A DNA stretch of 43,040 bases, taken from positions 1 to 43,040 of the forward strand of contig JAYZAL010000045.1 in NCBI GenBank assembly GCA_036339735.1. Direction: 5' to 3'. Positions within the stretch are counted from its first letter, which is position 1. Every line of letters starts with the position of its first letter. Made by a program: the position numbers and the translations under genes. The notes under the pieces are model-generated. The model saw only the letters and a list, made by a program, of their open reading frames with translations. It had not been told where the DNA came from and ran no database searches. Origin of the DNA: Candidatus Poribacteria bacterium. GTDB lineage: Bacteria; Poribacteria; WGA-4E; UBA9662. Shown one piece after another: positions 7,354-16,373 of this stretch.

Positions 7354-8925
7354 TTAGCGGCGCTTCCACCAGACGGTAAAGCCGATTATTGAAATGAGAA
7401 ATGGTATTAGAAATACAGAAACCAACTGGATTAGAATTTGCTCTCCGGCAGTAATGTTTCTCAAACTACGAGACCGAGGATCGATCGGCCGGATCGAAAT
7501 CAGATCTCCTTCCATTGTCAACCAACCAGTACTTCCCAAAAAGAAATCTCCGCCACTTGTACTCGAAAAGAATTGGTTGGAAGCAAAGTCAGCATCGCCA
7601 ACTACAACAATGCGGCTATTGGCTTCAGATTCTGCTGCAACAGCTATGGAAATTGGGCCTGCTGTATCTTTTGCTTTATCATATTTAGCTTCTTGCCAAG
7701 ATGATTGCTCGGTTTCCCCCCAGCAAATATTACTATCAAAGTCAGGCAGCTTGGCTAGCGGTTGAACAGAAATTCGTTTTTTAAGACCTTCTGTTTTGGT
7801 GAAGACTGATCGGGTTAATTGAAAGACAACCGTTGGTCTTACTAAGTGTTGTGTTATGGGGTGAAAGTCAAAGTTCATAAAAACAGGTGTGGCGGGACCA
7901 CCAAAAGCGGAGAAAAAACGTCGATCTAGTACAACTACATAATCATTGTTAACTTGGACTCCCCAACGTGCAAGTAAGTCAATTAACCCCTGACTTTGGT
8001 CGCGTTGCTCGAATGAGGTAGGATCAAGCATTACCATTATTTTTCCGCTTCGGTTCATATAGCGTTCAATAGAACTAAGTTCGTTTTCAGATAATGGGCG
8101 CTTAGGGGCTGCGATGATCAAGACTGAACAGTCAGGGGGAACTCTTCTCTGGCTTGTTAGCGATAAATCGTAAACGACATAATTCTGCTTTTCTAATTCC
8201 TCTTTCGCTTGATTATAACCATTAATAGAAAAATCATCGGTTGACCGTTCACCATGCCCAACTAAAAAATAGACTCGCTGTTCGGTGTCACGGGTGATTT
8301 TCAATAGTGCACTAGTAAATTTTTGTTCATCAACTGTATGAACGAACTCATGTTTTGGGTTGCCTTTGGATTCAAAAACTAATGTTCCATTATTTCGAAT
8401 TTCATATTTTTCAACTGTTTGGACTTCAGTGAAAGTATCAACAAACGAGACGTTAATTTTGTCTGATGCTCTCTGGTACATCTTCAGTAGCTCTTTGGCT
8501 CGGTCATAATCCCTCTTTTCCCTTTCACTAGATGGATTTTGACTAAAAAAAGCTTTGACCTCAACTGGTTGGTTAAGCTGTTCTATGACCTTCTGCGTTT
8601 GGGGCGACAAGGTATACCATTTCTCACCTGTTAGGTCGATAACGTGATCAAAACGCTTCAAAACAATCAGGTTTGTAAAAATCGAAAGACCAGCTACAGA
8701 GAGTACGCTAATTGCGACGTTTGTACCATATCGTGTTTGCCTACTTTGTAGCACTAGGACTAAGTCTTGAAAGCAAAAAATACAGAAAACACATAGGCTA
8801 CTTGTCCCTAAAATTAAGAAAATCCAAATAAGAAGAGTGTTTCGAAGTAATAAACTTGCTAGCAATGGGAATAAGAGGCTAATAGCGAAAAAACCACACA
8901 AAGTGCCAATTTGGCGTTTCATCAT
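7354..8925 (-). CDS. GldG-family ABC transporter auxiliary/periplasmic component
   Basis: N-terminal TMs, DLT...YTLSPQT, VYFLVGHGE, LIIAAPK, RIVVVGDADF and C-terminal TM ending WWKRR. The start overlaps the upstream stop codon (TAATG). Confidence 0.88.
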   Translation of the reverse strand: MMKRQIGTLCGFFAISLLFPLLASLLLRNTLLIWIFLILGTSSLCVFCIFCFQDLVLVLQSRQTRYGTNVAISVLSVAGLSIFTNLIVLKRFDHVIDLTGEKWYTLSPQTQKVIEQLNQPVEVKAFFSQNPSSEREKRDYDRAKELLKMYQRASDKINVSFVDTFTEVQTVEKYEIRNNGTLVFESKGNPKHEFVHTVDEQKFTSALLKITRDTEQRVYFLVGHGERSTDDFSINGYNQAKEELEKQNYVVYDLSLTSQRRVPPDCSVLIIAAPKRPLSENELSSIERYMNRSGKIMVMLDPTSFEQRDQSQGLIDLLARWGVQVNNDYVVVLDRRFFSAFGGPATPVFMNFDFHPITQHLVRPTVVFQLTRSVFTKTEGLKKRISVQPLAKLPDFDSNICWGETEQSSWQEAKYDKAKDTAGPISIAVAAESEANSRIVVVGDADFASNQFFSSTSGGDFFLGSTGWLTMEGDLISIRPIDPRSRSLRNITAGEQILIQLVSVFLIPFLISIIGFTVWWKRR

Positions 8926-9653
8926 TACCTCCACTTAGCAGATTCTACCGACTTTACTGTGCAGAACAAGCTAACCGTGATAAAACTCACGTAGTATACG
9001 GTATCTTTGATAGACAATACTCCACGAGAAAAGTCGTCAAGGTGAGTGACTGGCGAAATGTATTTCAAGAATCGACTGGCTGCATCGGTTCGATCCGAAA
9101 AGGAGCTGACAATCCATAATATTAGGAGTACACCAAAACTAGTTAAGGCTGATACAATTTGGTTGCGGCACATGGAAGATATCATCAAACCAAAAGATAA
9201 AAAAGCTGCGCCTAGTAATGTAATACCCAGGTATCCACTTACGATTTGTCCATAATCAGGTTGACCAAAAGGCTCGATTATTAATGGGAAGAAGAGAGTT
9301 AGTGATAGCATCAACAGATAGAGAATTAGGCTTGCTAAATATTTGCCCAAAACGATTTCAACATCCCTGATGGGTGATGTCATCAGTAGCTCGATAGTAC
9401 CTGTTTTTTTTTCCTCGGAAAAAAGTCGCATGGTCATAGCCGGTGTAAAAAAGAGTAAGGTTACACTGAGGTAGTTACGAAACAAAACTTGCATTACCGC
9501 GGTACTGAGTTCTTGACGAACTACAGCCCGTAGTAAGATAGCATAAAAAAAGAATCCGGATAGGCCAGAAAAAATAATCAGTACAAAATAAGCTACTGGC
9601 GAGACGAAATAAGTATAAAGTTCTTTGGCTGTAATAGCTGGAATTTTTTTCAT
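8925..9653 (-). CDS. GldF-like ABC-2 type permease
   Basis: KEL..YFVSPVAY, TMRLFSEEKKTGTIELLMTSP and VLGKYLA; about six TM segments. Confidence 0.92.
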   Translation of the reverse strand: MKKIPAITAKELYTYFVSPVAYFVLIIFSGLSGFFFYAILLRAVVRQELSTAVMQVLFRNYLSVTLLFFTPAMTMRLFSEEKKTGTIELLMTSPIRDVEIVLGKYLASLILYLLMLSLTLFFPLIIEPFGQPDYGQIVSGYLGITLLGAAFLSFGLMISSMCRNQIVSALTSFGVLLILWIVSSFSDRTDAASRFLKYISPVTHLDDFSRGVLSIKDTVYYVSFITVSLFCTVKSVESAKWR

Positions 9654-9712
9654 CGAATTCTCTGTTTGATAGGTTGTTTCCTGCCGAAATTAGGGCGAGG
9701 CCAATTCCGGAC

Positions 9713-10374
9713 CTAAATTTCTGATTCAGAGTGTATATAATGGCGTGTTACCGCGTGACGACGCTGTTTCATATCCTTTATGGGGTTACCGGCATGAATC
9801 AAATTTCCACTGAACAAGATGGCCTCAGATTGGTTTACTAGTAAAGCTTTTATCTTGGTTCAGTTGTCTGAAGTCAATTTGGTAATTTCTGGGAAACACC
9901 GATTAGCTTGTTGATGTTTATAGGCTCCGCCGCTTGATAAGTCCATCAACCCATTATCCCTGACAACCATTCGTCCACGGCAGGAACCCGGTTCTACGCA
10001 AATCAACTCATTATCTTTCGTAATATCTACTATGTTAATCGGGATAAACATAATGTCAGGCAGCTAATGTTGATTCCGATGCAAATGTTGTTCAGAACCA
10101 CAGAAAAATGTATAGTCTGAATTCCATCAGATGGCTGGCCAATATAATCAGCTAGAGGTCGTTTCAAGTTAGGGTGAGTTAGCATTTTTAATATCAGTAA
10201 ACCATAAAGGTAGAAATGACTATTTTTGCTGAGAACATTCCAAGATTTTATCCCCTCTATCAAGTGTTTCTATGTCATCGACAAAATCTCGGCATTCTGA
10301 TGAGGAAACCAGATTTTTCACAACTGTATAATCTATTGATGGGAGCAGGTAATTTGACCTTGTGTTAATCGCAC
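9713..10374 (-). pseudogene. Degenerate phytanoyl-CoA dioxygenase (PhyH)-family 2OG-Fe(II) oxygenase pseudogene
   Basis: Fragments in different frames: (GTG)RLTQGQI..., DYTVVKNLVSSSEC, MLTHPNLKRPLADYIGQPSDGIQTIHF, GSEQHLHRNQH*LPD (HxD motif decayed to HRN, TAG at 10064-10066), ELICVEPGS, and after TGA at 9860 EAILFSGNLIHAGNPI...RRHAVTRHY. Multiple stops and frameshifts. Confidence 0.8.
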
Positions 10375-10404
10375 CTTTCGATATTATTTGTAAATTTAAC
10401 TGGA

Positions 10405-11112
10405 TTACTCACCTGAACGCCAAAAAACGTGTCCAACAAAAAATGGACCTAGTGAATCAATGTATTCGGCTGTTTGTTGTGTCCCCCTCATGTCCTGAAT
10501 TAGGCGGGATAGTGGGTGTAATTCTGGCCCAACCAGGCCAATGACAAATTCGTTATCATTGGCATCTAAGCCAAAACAGGCCAAACGAATATCAGCGGCG
10601 AGGCCTTGGCTTGCATATGACTGACCTAATATTCCATGTTCTGCGAGAATCGGTCCGCGTTGCCGATGTTCCATTAAATAGAAGTTGGGCTTCCGACGAA
10701 GCGGATACCAGATTGCCCAAGGGTAATCTGTACTTAATAAATTTCGAAGAGGTTTCCCTATTAGCCAATCCTCCAATTCTGTTTCTCTTCCGGAAGCATA
10801 GGTTCGACCGGTCATGGTCATTTCGGGGCGATGAGTCAATTGACGGAAACAGTCTTCGGAGAAAGTCTCACGAACCTTTCCCACTATGTCGGCGGGGTTT
10901 TCTGTTGCTATGACAATACCGATTCCATGTGGATGATGCCAATCTTTATACAATACACAGTCGAGGCCAGACAAGGCTGGCAGAAGGACTTCAGGATCCT
11001 TGCAATCTGTAAAAGCATGCAGTTGAAAAAACATTCTTCTATCAGAGATTTGCTGTTGGCCCTCTACTGGAGCCCCAATCTCTCGGACATCGAGTTTTCT
11101 TCTGTCTTTCAT
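10405..11112 (-). CDS. Chlorite dismutase/coproheme decarboxylase (Cld/ChdC) family heme protein
   Basis: WYPLRRK, proximal His in EHG, FGLD..DNEFV, MR.T and GPFFVG; co-oriented with the heme A/O genes. Confidence 0.8.
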   Translation of the reverse strand: MKDRRKLDVREIGAPVEGQQQISDRRMFFQLHAFTDCKDPEVLLPALSGLDCVLYKDWHHPHGIGIVIATENPADIVGKVRETFSEDCFRQLTHRPEMTMTGRTYASGRETELEDWLIGKPLRNLLSTDYPWAIWYPLRRKPNFYLMEHRQRGPILAEHGILGQSYASQGLAADIRLACFGLDANDNEFVIGLVGPELHPLSRLIQDMRGTQQTAEYIDSLGPFFVGHVFWRSGE

Positions 11113-11119
11113 ATTTAAA

Positions 11120-11716
11120 TTACTTTATATTCCTTTTAAATTGAGATTCAGTAGTAATTTCTATCAGACTCGTTAATTCTTCTGAAGCAGGAAAATGGTT
11201 GAGGATCAAGTAGACTAATACACCTGTTACGGAAACATACAACCAAATTGGGAAAGTGTAGCGAGCGATTCGACGGTGTAAAGTGAATTTGGACAAGAGA
11301 GCGAAAGCAAAAGTTATCAAGACGATTGGTAATGCAATTATAGACAAGACAATGTGTGAAATCAGGATAAAAAAGTAGATGGGACGAATCAGGCCTTGGC
11401 CCAGAAATTTTGTATCCCCGTGGAAGTGATGGTAGACAATATAAGAAACTAAGAATAACGAAGATAAAAGTAGAGCCATTAACATAAATCTTTGGTGTTT
11501 TTTCTTTTGACCTCGTTGAATGGATCGAATGCCTAAGATTATAAAAATCGCACTTGAACCATTTAAAAGTGCGTTGACTATTGATAAATTTTCAACGAAA
11601 GGTAATCCAGTTTCCCCTTCTGCTTTGAAATAAATGAGCCAGACTAGAAAGATAATGGCGAGAAGACTAACAGAAAGCAGGGTAATTACAATAGAACGGG
11701 TACTTTGGATAATCAA
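11120..11716 (-). CDS. DUF420 / CtaM-like membrane protein (oxidase assembly)
   Basis: NALLNG, H...M, FLVSY..YH, YFFILISHI.L, HRRIAR.TFPIWLYVSVTG. Confidence 0.88.
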   Translation of the reverse strand: MIIQSTRSIVITLLSVSLLAIIFLVWLIYFKAEGETGLPFVENLSIVNALLNGSSAIFIILGIRSIQRGQKKKHQRFMLMALLLSSLFLVSYIVYHHFHGDTKFLGQGLIRPIYFFILISHIVLSIIALPIVLITFAFALLSKFTLHRRIARYTFPIWLYVSVTGVLVYLILNHFPASEELTSLIEITTESQFKRNIK

Positions 11717-11723
11717 TGTATTC

Positions 11724-12623
11724 TTAGAAAATTTGATCTGCGATCATTGCAACCAAAATCAGAGGAAGATAGACTAGTGAAGCTGATAAAACTCGTTTGG
11801 CAGCTAGTTGGGATGGGGACAAGGCTAAAGACAAACTAAGCCCCAGAAAGACTAGACCTATAAGTGTTGCAACAAACAAATAACGATAGCTAGCAATTTG
11901 AACAATTGGGACTGCTGGTAATAAGCCGACAAACAGAAGAATTAGAGTTTGAAACCAAATATGGAAAATCGTGCTTTTTCCATTAGGTTGAACAATGGGT
12001 AACAATTGAAATCCGGCTTGGGCATAATCATCTCGATACAACCAAGCGATGGATAGAGAATGGGGTAGTTGCCACCAAAACAAAATGGCGAAGAGAACAC
12101 CAGCCCCCAAATCAATCCGTCCACTAGCCGCACACCAGCCCACAACTGGTGGCAAAGCTCCAGGTATAGCGCCTAAAAAAGTACTAATTGGTGATTTTTG
12201 TTTGAGTGGGGTATAAATCAGCAAGTAACTGAGATGAATGGCGATAATAACCATCGTGGTTAGTGGATTGATCACCACAGAAAGGTAGACTGCACCAGCG
12301 GCCGAGATTAATAAGCCAAAAACTAAGGCCTGCCTAGGAGAAATACAACCAGTGGGGATTGGTCTCTTAGCTGTCCGCATCATTAATGCATCACTCTGGC
12401 GTTCGATGTACTGATTCAGTGCTAAGGTACCTCCAGCTGAGAGTGCGGTTCCAATTAATGTTTGAATCAGCCGCCAATAATCTACAGGTATTGGCGACAG
12501 AAAAAAGCCTGCCGTCGTAGTAACTAGAATCATAGCTACTAAGTTAGGCTTAGTCAGGTTAAACAAAGACCTGACTAAGCTTGAGGTCGATATGGACGGC
12601 ACATTAGTAGAATCAGATCTCAT
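11724..12623 (-). CDS. ctaB: Protoheme IX farnesyltransferase (heme O synthase)
   Basis: LTKP, NQYIERQSDALMMRTAKRPIP, YTPLK, GAIPGALPPVVGW, WQLPH and DDY..AG. Confidence 0.96.
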   Translation of the reverse strand: MRSDSTNVPSISTSSLVRSLFNLTKPNLVAMILVTTTAGFFLSPIPVDYWRLIQTLIGTALSAGGTLALNQYIERQSDALMMRTAKRPIPTGCISPRQALVFGLLISAAGAVYLSVVINPLTTMVIIAIHLSYLLIYTPLKQKSPISTFLGAIPGALPPVVGWCAASGRIDLGAGVLFAILFWWQLPHSLSIAWLYRDDYAQAGFQLLPIVQPNGKSTIFHIWFQTLILLFVGLLPAVPIVQIASYRYLFVATLIGLVFLGLSLSLALSPSQLAAKRVLSASLVYLPLILVAMIADQIF

Positions 12624-12640
12624 CTTTCACCGAATTTTTC

Positions 12641-13801
12641 TTAGGTCGTTGATTGTGCTCGAGCTGAATCGGGTATTTTGAGTTCACTACTATCCGTTTC
12701 TCCTGCAGCGGTGTGGCGAATTACCTCAAAAGAAAAGATTAGAGAATTCATAAATAGGAAGATACCCAAAAATTGATGCCCGCTAGTAATTGCGGTTCTC
12801 AGAGGAATAGACAATCTTTCACCCAATTGAAACTCACTGTACCAAGCTCCAATACCGAGTGTCATTTGCAGGATAATAATCGTTCCCATTATCATTGACA
12901 AGTTAATAAAATTAGTGAAACTGGAATATTCAGAAAACACTCGTCGAACAAGAAGGACGATATGCATAGAAACCAAAATAGCAATCAAGACGTGTACCAC
13001 TAGATATTGAGTAGTATGACGGACTATAGCACCCAAAACCAGTTGTACATATATAAGTGTAGAGGTGAAAATACTTAATCGGCCAATTTTGTTCGATTCT
13101 GGTGGCAACATTAGACTTGGTGGCTGATAATTCTTCCTGGAAGTTAGCATCGTCAAAACAGTAAAAAAAGCCAACGATATAGGGGCAAAACTAGCATGGA
13201 CGACAGCTAAGGTTATGCTGTTCTCAGTTACCCTAAGCCCGCCAAGGAATCCCTGTATTACCACAGTGATTAGAGACAATACTGAAAGCCACCTCAGTAA
13301 ACCTCGTTGCTTGGACAACCACACTGAAACTAACGTAGCAATTGCCAGTAGCCCAACTAATGAACCCAACAATCGGTGAGAATGTTCTAGGAGGACTCCA
13401 TGCACATAAACCCCCAATTGCCCATCTTGACTAAGGATTGTATAAGACCGGTGTGTTTGCCTATCCGTAATTTTCCAAACTTCACTTGGTTTAACCACAT
13501 GAATTATGGCCATTTCAGACAGGTGATTTTCATCAACAGAAACTGAGTTTTGAATAGCTTGAGTCATAACCCCTTTATCCAAATCATTGGCCAAATGACT
13601 TGGTACTGAGACCAGAAGTCCACTGACCATCCGATCTATAGGGTATAGGAACATATTTTCTCCGAATGTAGTGGGCCAATCTGGGACAGACATACCGGCG
13701 TCCGTACCAGTTACCATACCTCCAACCAACATCAGGACAAGCATGGTTGAGAGCGTGCAAACGGCCAAGACATAATTCAGTGGGTAGTAGTTTTTTTTCA
13801 T
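12641..13801 (-). CDS. ctaA: Heme A synthase (COX15/CtaA family) with a large loop insertion
   Basis: GGMVTGTDAGMSVPDWP, EHSHR, QGFLGGLRV, QLVLGAIVRH and conserved histidines; adjacent to ctaB. Confidence 0.9.
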   Translation of the reverse strand: MKKNYYPLNYVLAVCTLSTMLVLMLVGGMVTGTDAGMSVPDWPTTFGENMFLYPIDRMVSGLLVSVPSHLANDLDKGVMTQAIQNSVSVDENHLSEMAIIHVVKPSEVWKITDRQTHRSYTILSQDGQLGVYVHGVLLEHSHRLLGSLVGLLAIATLVSVWLSKQRGLLRWLSVLSLITVVIQGFLGGLRVTENSITLAVVHASFAPISLAFFTVLTMLTSRKNYQPPSLMLPPESNKIGRLSIFTSTLIYVQLVLGAIVRHTTQYLVVHVLIAILVSMHIVLLVRRVFSEYSSFTNFINLSMIMGTIIILQMTLGIGAWYSEFQLGERLSIPLRTAITSGHQFLGIFLFMNSLIFSFEVIRHTAAGETDSSELKIPDSARAQSTT

Positions 13802-13832
13802 CGGTAGGTTACTGACGCTCGCGTAGGCTTAT

Positions 13833-13862
13833 ATTATACCACTGCTGAGAAAACGAATACAA
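13833..13862 (-). promoter_or_regulatory. Promoter of the ctaA operon
   Basis: TTGTAT-N18-TATAAT with extended -10 TG on the minus strand. Confidence 0.6.
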
Positions 13863-13868
13863 GAATAG

Positions 13869-13897
13869 TTGAATTGAATGTAAGCCCATGCTATACT
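13869..13897 (+). promoter_or_regulatory. Divergent promoter of the rid-fabV operon
   Basis: TTGAAT-N17-TATACT with extended -10 TG; SD AGGAG before ATG 13933. Confidence 0.6.
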
Positions 13898-13932
13898 TCG
13901 GCTGTTTATTTTTGCTTTGATAGGAGTTCCAC

Positions 13933-14406
13933 ATGAATGCTGATAGTGGCGCAGTTAACAAGAAAATTGAAGAACTTGGAATTCAATTACAGAAGCCGGT
14001 TAAGCCTGTTGCCAATTACGTGACGACGGTTCAAACTGGGAATTTAGTCTTTACTTCAGGGCATGGACCAATCGGGGATGATGGTCAACTAATCCTTGGC
14101 CAACTCGGAACTGATATGGATATTGAAGGTGGCTATCAGGCTGCACGCGCTGTTGGTATTGGACTTCTTAGTACTCTTAAGGCAACACTTGGCAATTTAG
14201 ATCGAATTAAGAAAATAGTGAAGTTAGTCGGTTTCGTCAATTCCTCAGCGGATTTTAAAGATCAGCCTGCAGTAGTAAATGGGGCTTCAGACCTTTTTGT
14301 CGAAGTTTTCGGTGATAAGGGAAGGCATGCTCGGTCAGCTGTAGGAATGGTACAGTTGCCAGGTGGTATCGCGGTTGAAGTTGAGATGATCGTTGAAGTT
14401 GAGTAG
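13933..14406 (+). CDS. RidA/YjgF/YER057c/UK114 family protein
   Basis: PVANYV, SGHGP, VKLVGFVNS, QPAVVNGASDLFVEVFG..GRHARSAVG. Confidence 0.92.
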   Translation: MNADSGAVNKKIEELGIQLQKPVKPVANYVTTVQTGNLVFTSGHGPIGDDGQLILGQLGTDMDIEGGYQAARAVGIGLLSTLKATLGNLDRIKKIVKLVGFVNSSADFKDQPAVVNGASDLFVEVFGDKGRHARSAVGMVQLPGGIAVEVEMIVEVE

Positions 14407-14410
14407 GCGG

Positions 14411-15607
14411 ATGGCCAAACAAGTAGTACACCCAAAGATTCGTGGCTTCATTTGTACCAATTCTCACCCAATAGGTTGCGCCAAGAATGTAGAAATGCAG
14501 GCAAATTATGCTCGTCAGGCTATATCTTCACGTCAAACAGGCCTGAATGCTTTGGTCATTGGTGCCTCAACCGGATATGGTCTGGCATCTCGGATTGCAC
14601 TGGCAACTGGCTACGGGGCCAACACAATTGGTGTGTTTTTTGAGAAACCACCAGTCGGAAAAAAAACGGGCACTGCGGGTTACTATAACTCATTTGCTTT
14701 TCACAAATACGCTGAAAGACACGGAGTGAAAGCGCTTAGCATTAATGGGGACGCCTTCTCAGATAAGGTCAAGGCTGAAACAATCGATTCGATCAAGAGG
14801 GAACTTGGTCAACTTGACCTGATAGTTTACAGCTTAGCCTCACCAAGACGTATACATCCTCGAACAGGTGAGGATTATCGTTCAGTATTGAAGCCAATAG
14901 GAAAACCCTATAGCGATAAAACAATTGATCTCGTCAAGGAAGAAGTCGTCAATATTTCGGTTGAAACAGCTACACAAAAAGAAATTTCGGATACAATCGC
15001 GGTAATGGGTGGTGAAGATTTAACTTTTTGGGTCGACTGCCTTCTGGAAAATGATTGCCTGAAACCGGGGGCACAAGCTGTAGCGTATTCCTACATTGGT
15101 CCAGAAATAACTCACCAGATTTACACGAGTGGGACTATTGGTCAGGCAAAAGACGACCTACAAAATCACGTCGACAAAATTGACAAAAAACTTGAACAGG
15201 TAATTGGTGGAAACGCTTTTGTATCGGTGAATAAAGCTGTAATTACTCAGGCTTCGGCAGCGATCCCAGTAATACCTCTCTACATTAGTATCCTTTACAA
15301 AATCATGGATTCAAAAGGAATCAATGAGAACCCAATAGCTCAAATTACTCGCCTTTTGACGGAGCATCTCTTTTCCGATCACGGTCCTAAACTCGATGGC
15401 CAAAGACGTATTCGGCTAGATGAAAGGGAACTTTCAGCAGAGGTTACTGATCAGGTCAAAAAGGTTTGGTCGCAAATCACCACCGAAAACCTGCATCATT
15501 TGGCCGATTACAATCGATACAAAACCGGTTTTAGAAACCTGTTCGGATTTGATGTTGATAACGTCAACTACGACCAAGAAGTCGAGACTGATTTGTTCTT
15601 ACCTTAG
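14411..15607 (+). CDS. fabV: Enoyl-ACP / trans-2-enoyl-CoA reductase FabV
   Basis: PKIRGFIC..HP.GC, GASTGYGLASRI, YSLASPRR, YSYIGP and catalytic Y-x8-K (YTSGTIGQAK). The start is ATG 14411. Confidence 0.95.
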   Translation: MAKQVVHPKIRGFICTNSHPIGCAKNVEMQANYARQAISSRQTGLNALVIGASTGYGLASRIALATGYGANTIGVFFEKPPVGKKTGTAGYYNSFAFHKYAERHGVKALSINGDAFSDKVKAETIDSIKRELGQLDLIVYSLASPRRIHPRTGEDYRSVLKPIGKPYSDKTIDLVKEEVVNISVETATQKEISDTIAVMGGEDLTFWVDCLLENDCLKPGAQAVAYSYIGPEITHQIYTSGTIGQAKDDLQNHVDKIDKKLEQVIGGNAFVSVNKAVITQASAAIPVIPLYISILYKIMDSKGINENPIAQITRLLTEHLFSDHGPKLDGQRRIRLDERELSAEVTDQVKKVWSQITTENLHHLADYNRYKTGFRNLFGFDVDNVNYDQEVETDLFLP

Positions 15608-15632
15608 TTAGCTTCGTCTATTCAGTATTTGT

Positions 15633-16358
15633 ATGCAAATACGCCTCTCTCAGCTTTCGATACAACTCAAGATTGCCATAAGCTTTTTTTTGCTGTCGAT
15701 GGGGTATGCCTATCTCTTTGCCCAAATTAACCTGCAGTTAAATACTAGACCCGCTGATGGAGACGCTTCAGGTTTAGCGACAGTCCAAGATATTGTCGTA
15801 ACCTACCATGGAGACCGTAGTCAAACCCTTCTAGGACAAAAAATTAATGGGACTATGAGGCAATATTTACCGGATGAAGAGGATAAGATTGCGATCGAGC
15901 AGTGGATTGCTAATGGGCGAACTGAAGAAGAATATACTGAAGTTGTTCAACCATTGATGGACGCCTATTGCGTCAGTTGCCACCCTTATGGTGACCAGCC
16001 TGATTATCCGCTGGAAACTTACGAACAGGTGTTTATGTCGGCTGAACCAAATAGTGGCCCATCTATTGGTAAACTAGCTCGTTTTACACACTATCACGCA
16101 TTTGGTATGGGGATTTTTGCTTTTTTGCTGAGCGTCACTTTTGCTTTCACAACTTTCTCTTCACCTTTCCGTACTTTCGGAGTAGCTCTGCCCTTCTTAT
16201 CGATATTTTTAGATATTACTTGTTGGTGGTTAACTCGTTTGGTTAGCCCCGCTTTTGCATACGTTGTCTATCTGGCAGGCTTGATGACCGGTGTATCTTT
16301 CGCTATTACCATTTTGGGATCGCTCTATGACATGTGGTTTCGGCAAGTAGAGGAGTAA
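15633..16358 (+). CDS. Uncharacterised membrane protein with one CxxCH heme c motif
   Basis: N-terminal TM, soluble domain with CVSCH, then THYHAFGM and three C-terminal TMs. Confidence 0.75.
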   Translation: MQIRLSQLSIQLKIAISFFLLSMGYAYLFAQINLQLNTRPADGDASGLATVQDIVVTYHGDRSQTLLGQKINGTMRQYLPDEEDKIAIEQWIANGRTEEEYTEVVQPLMDAYCVSCHPYGDQPDYPLETYEQVFMSAEPNSGPSIGKLARFTHYHAFGMGIFAFLLSVTFAFTTFSSPFRTFGVALPFLSIFLDITCWWLTRLVSPAFAYVVYLAGLMTGVSFAITILGSLYDMWFRQVEE

Positions 16359-16373
16359 ATCCATTTTTTATGG

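Noticed and set aside
9860-10263. 63-aa and 77-aa ORFs as independent small genes, or the TGA at 9860 as selenocysteine/recoding
   Set aside because: They are fragments of one PhyH pseudogene with additional TAG stops and frameshifts. TGA is an ordinary stop elsewhere in the window.
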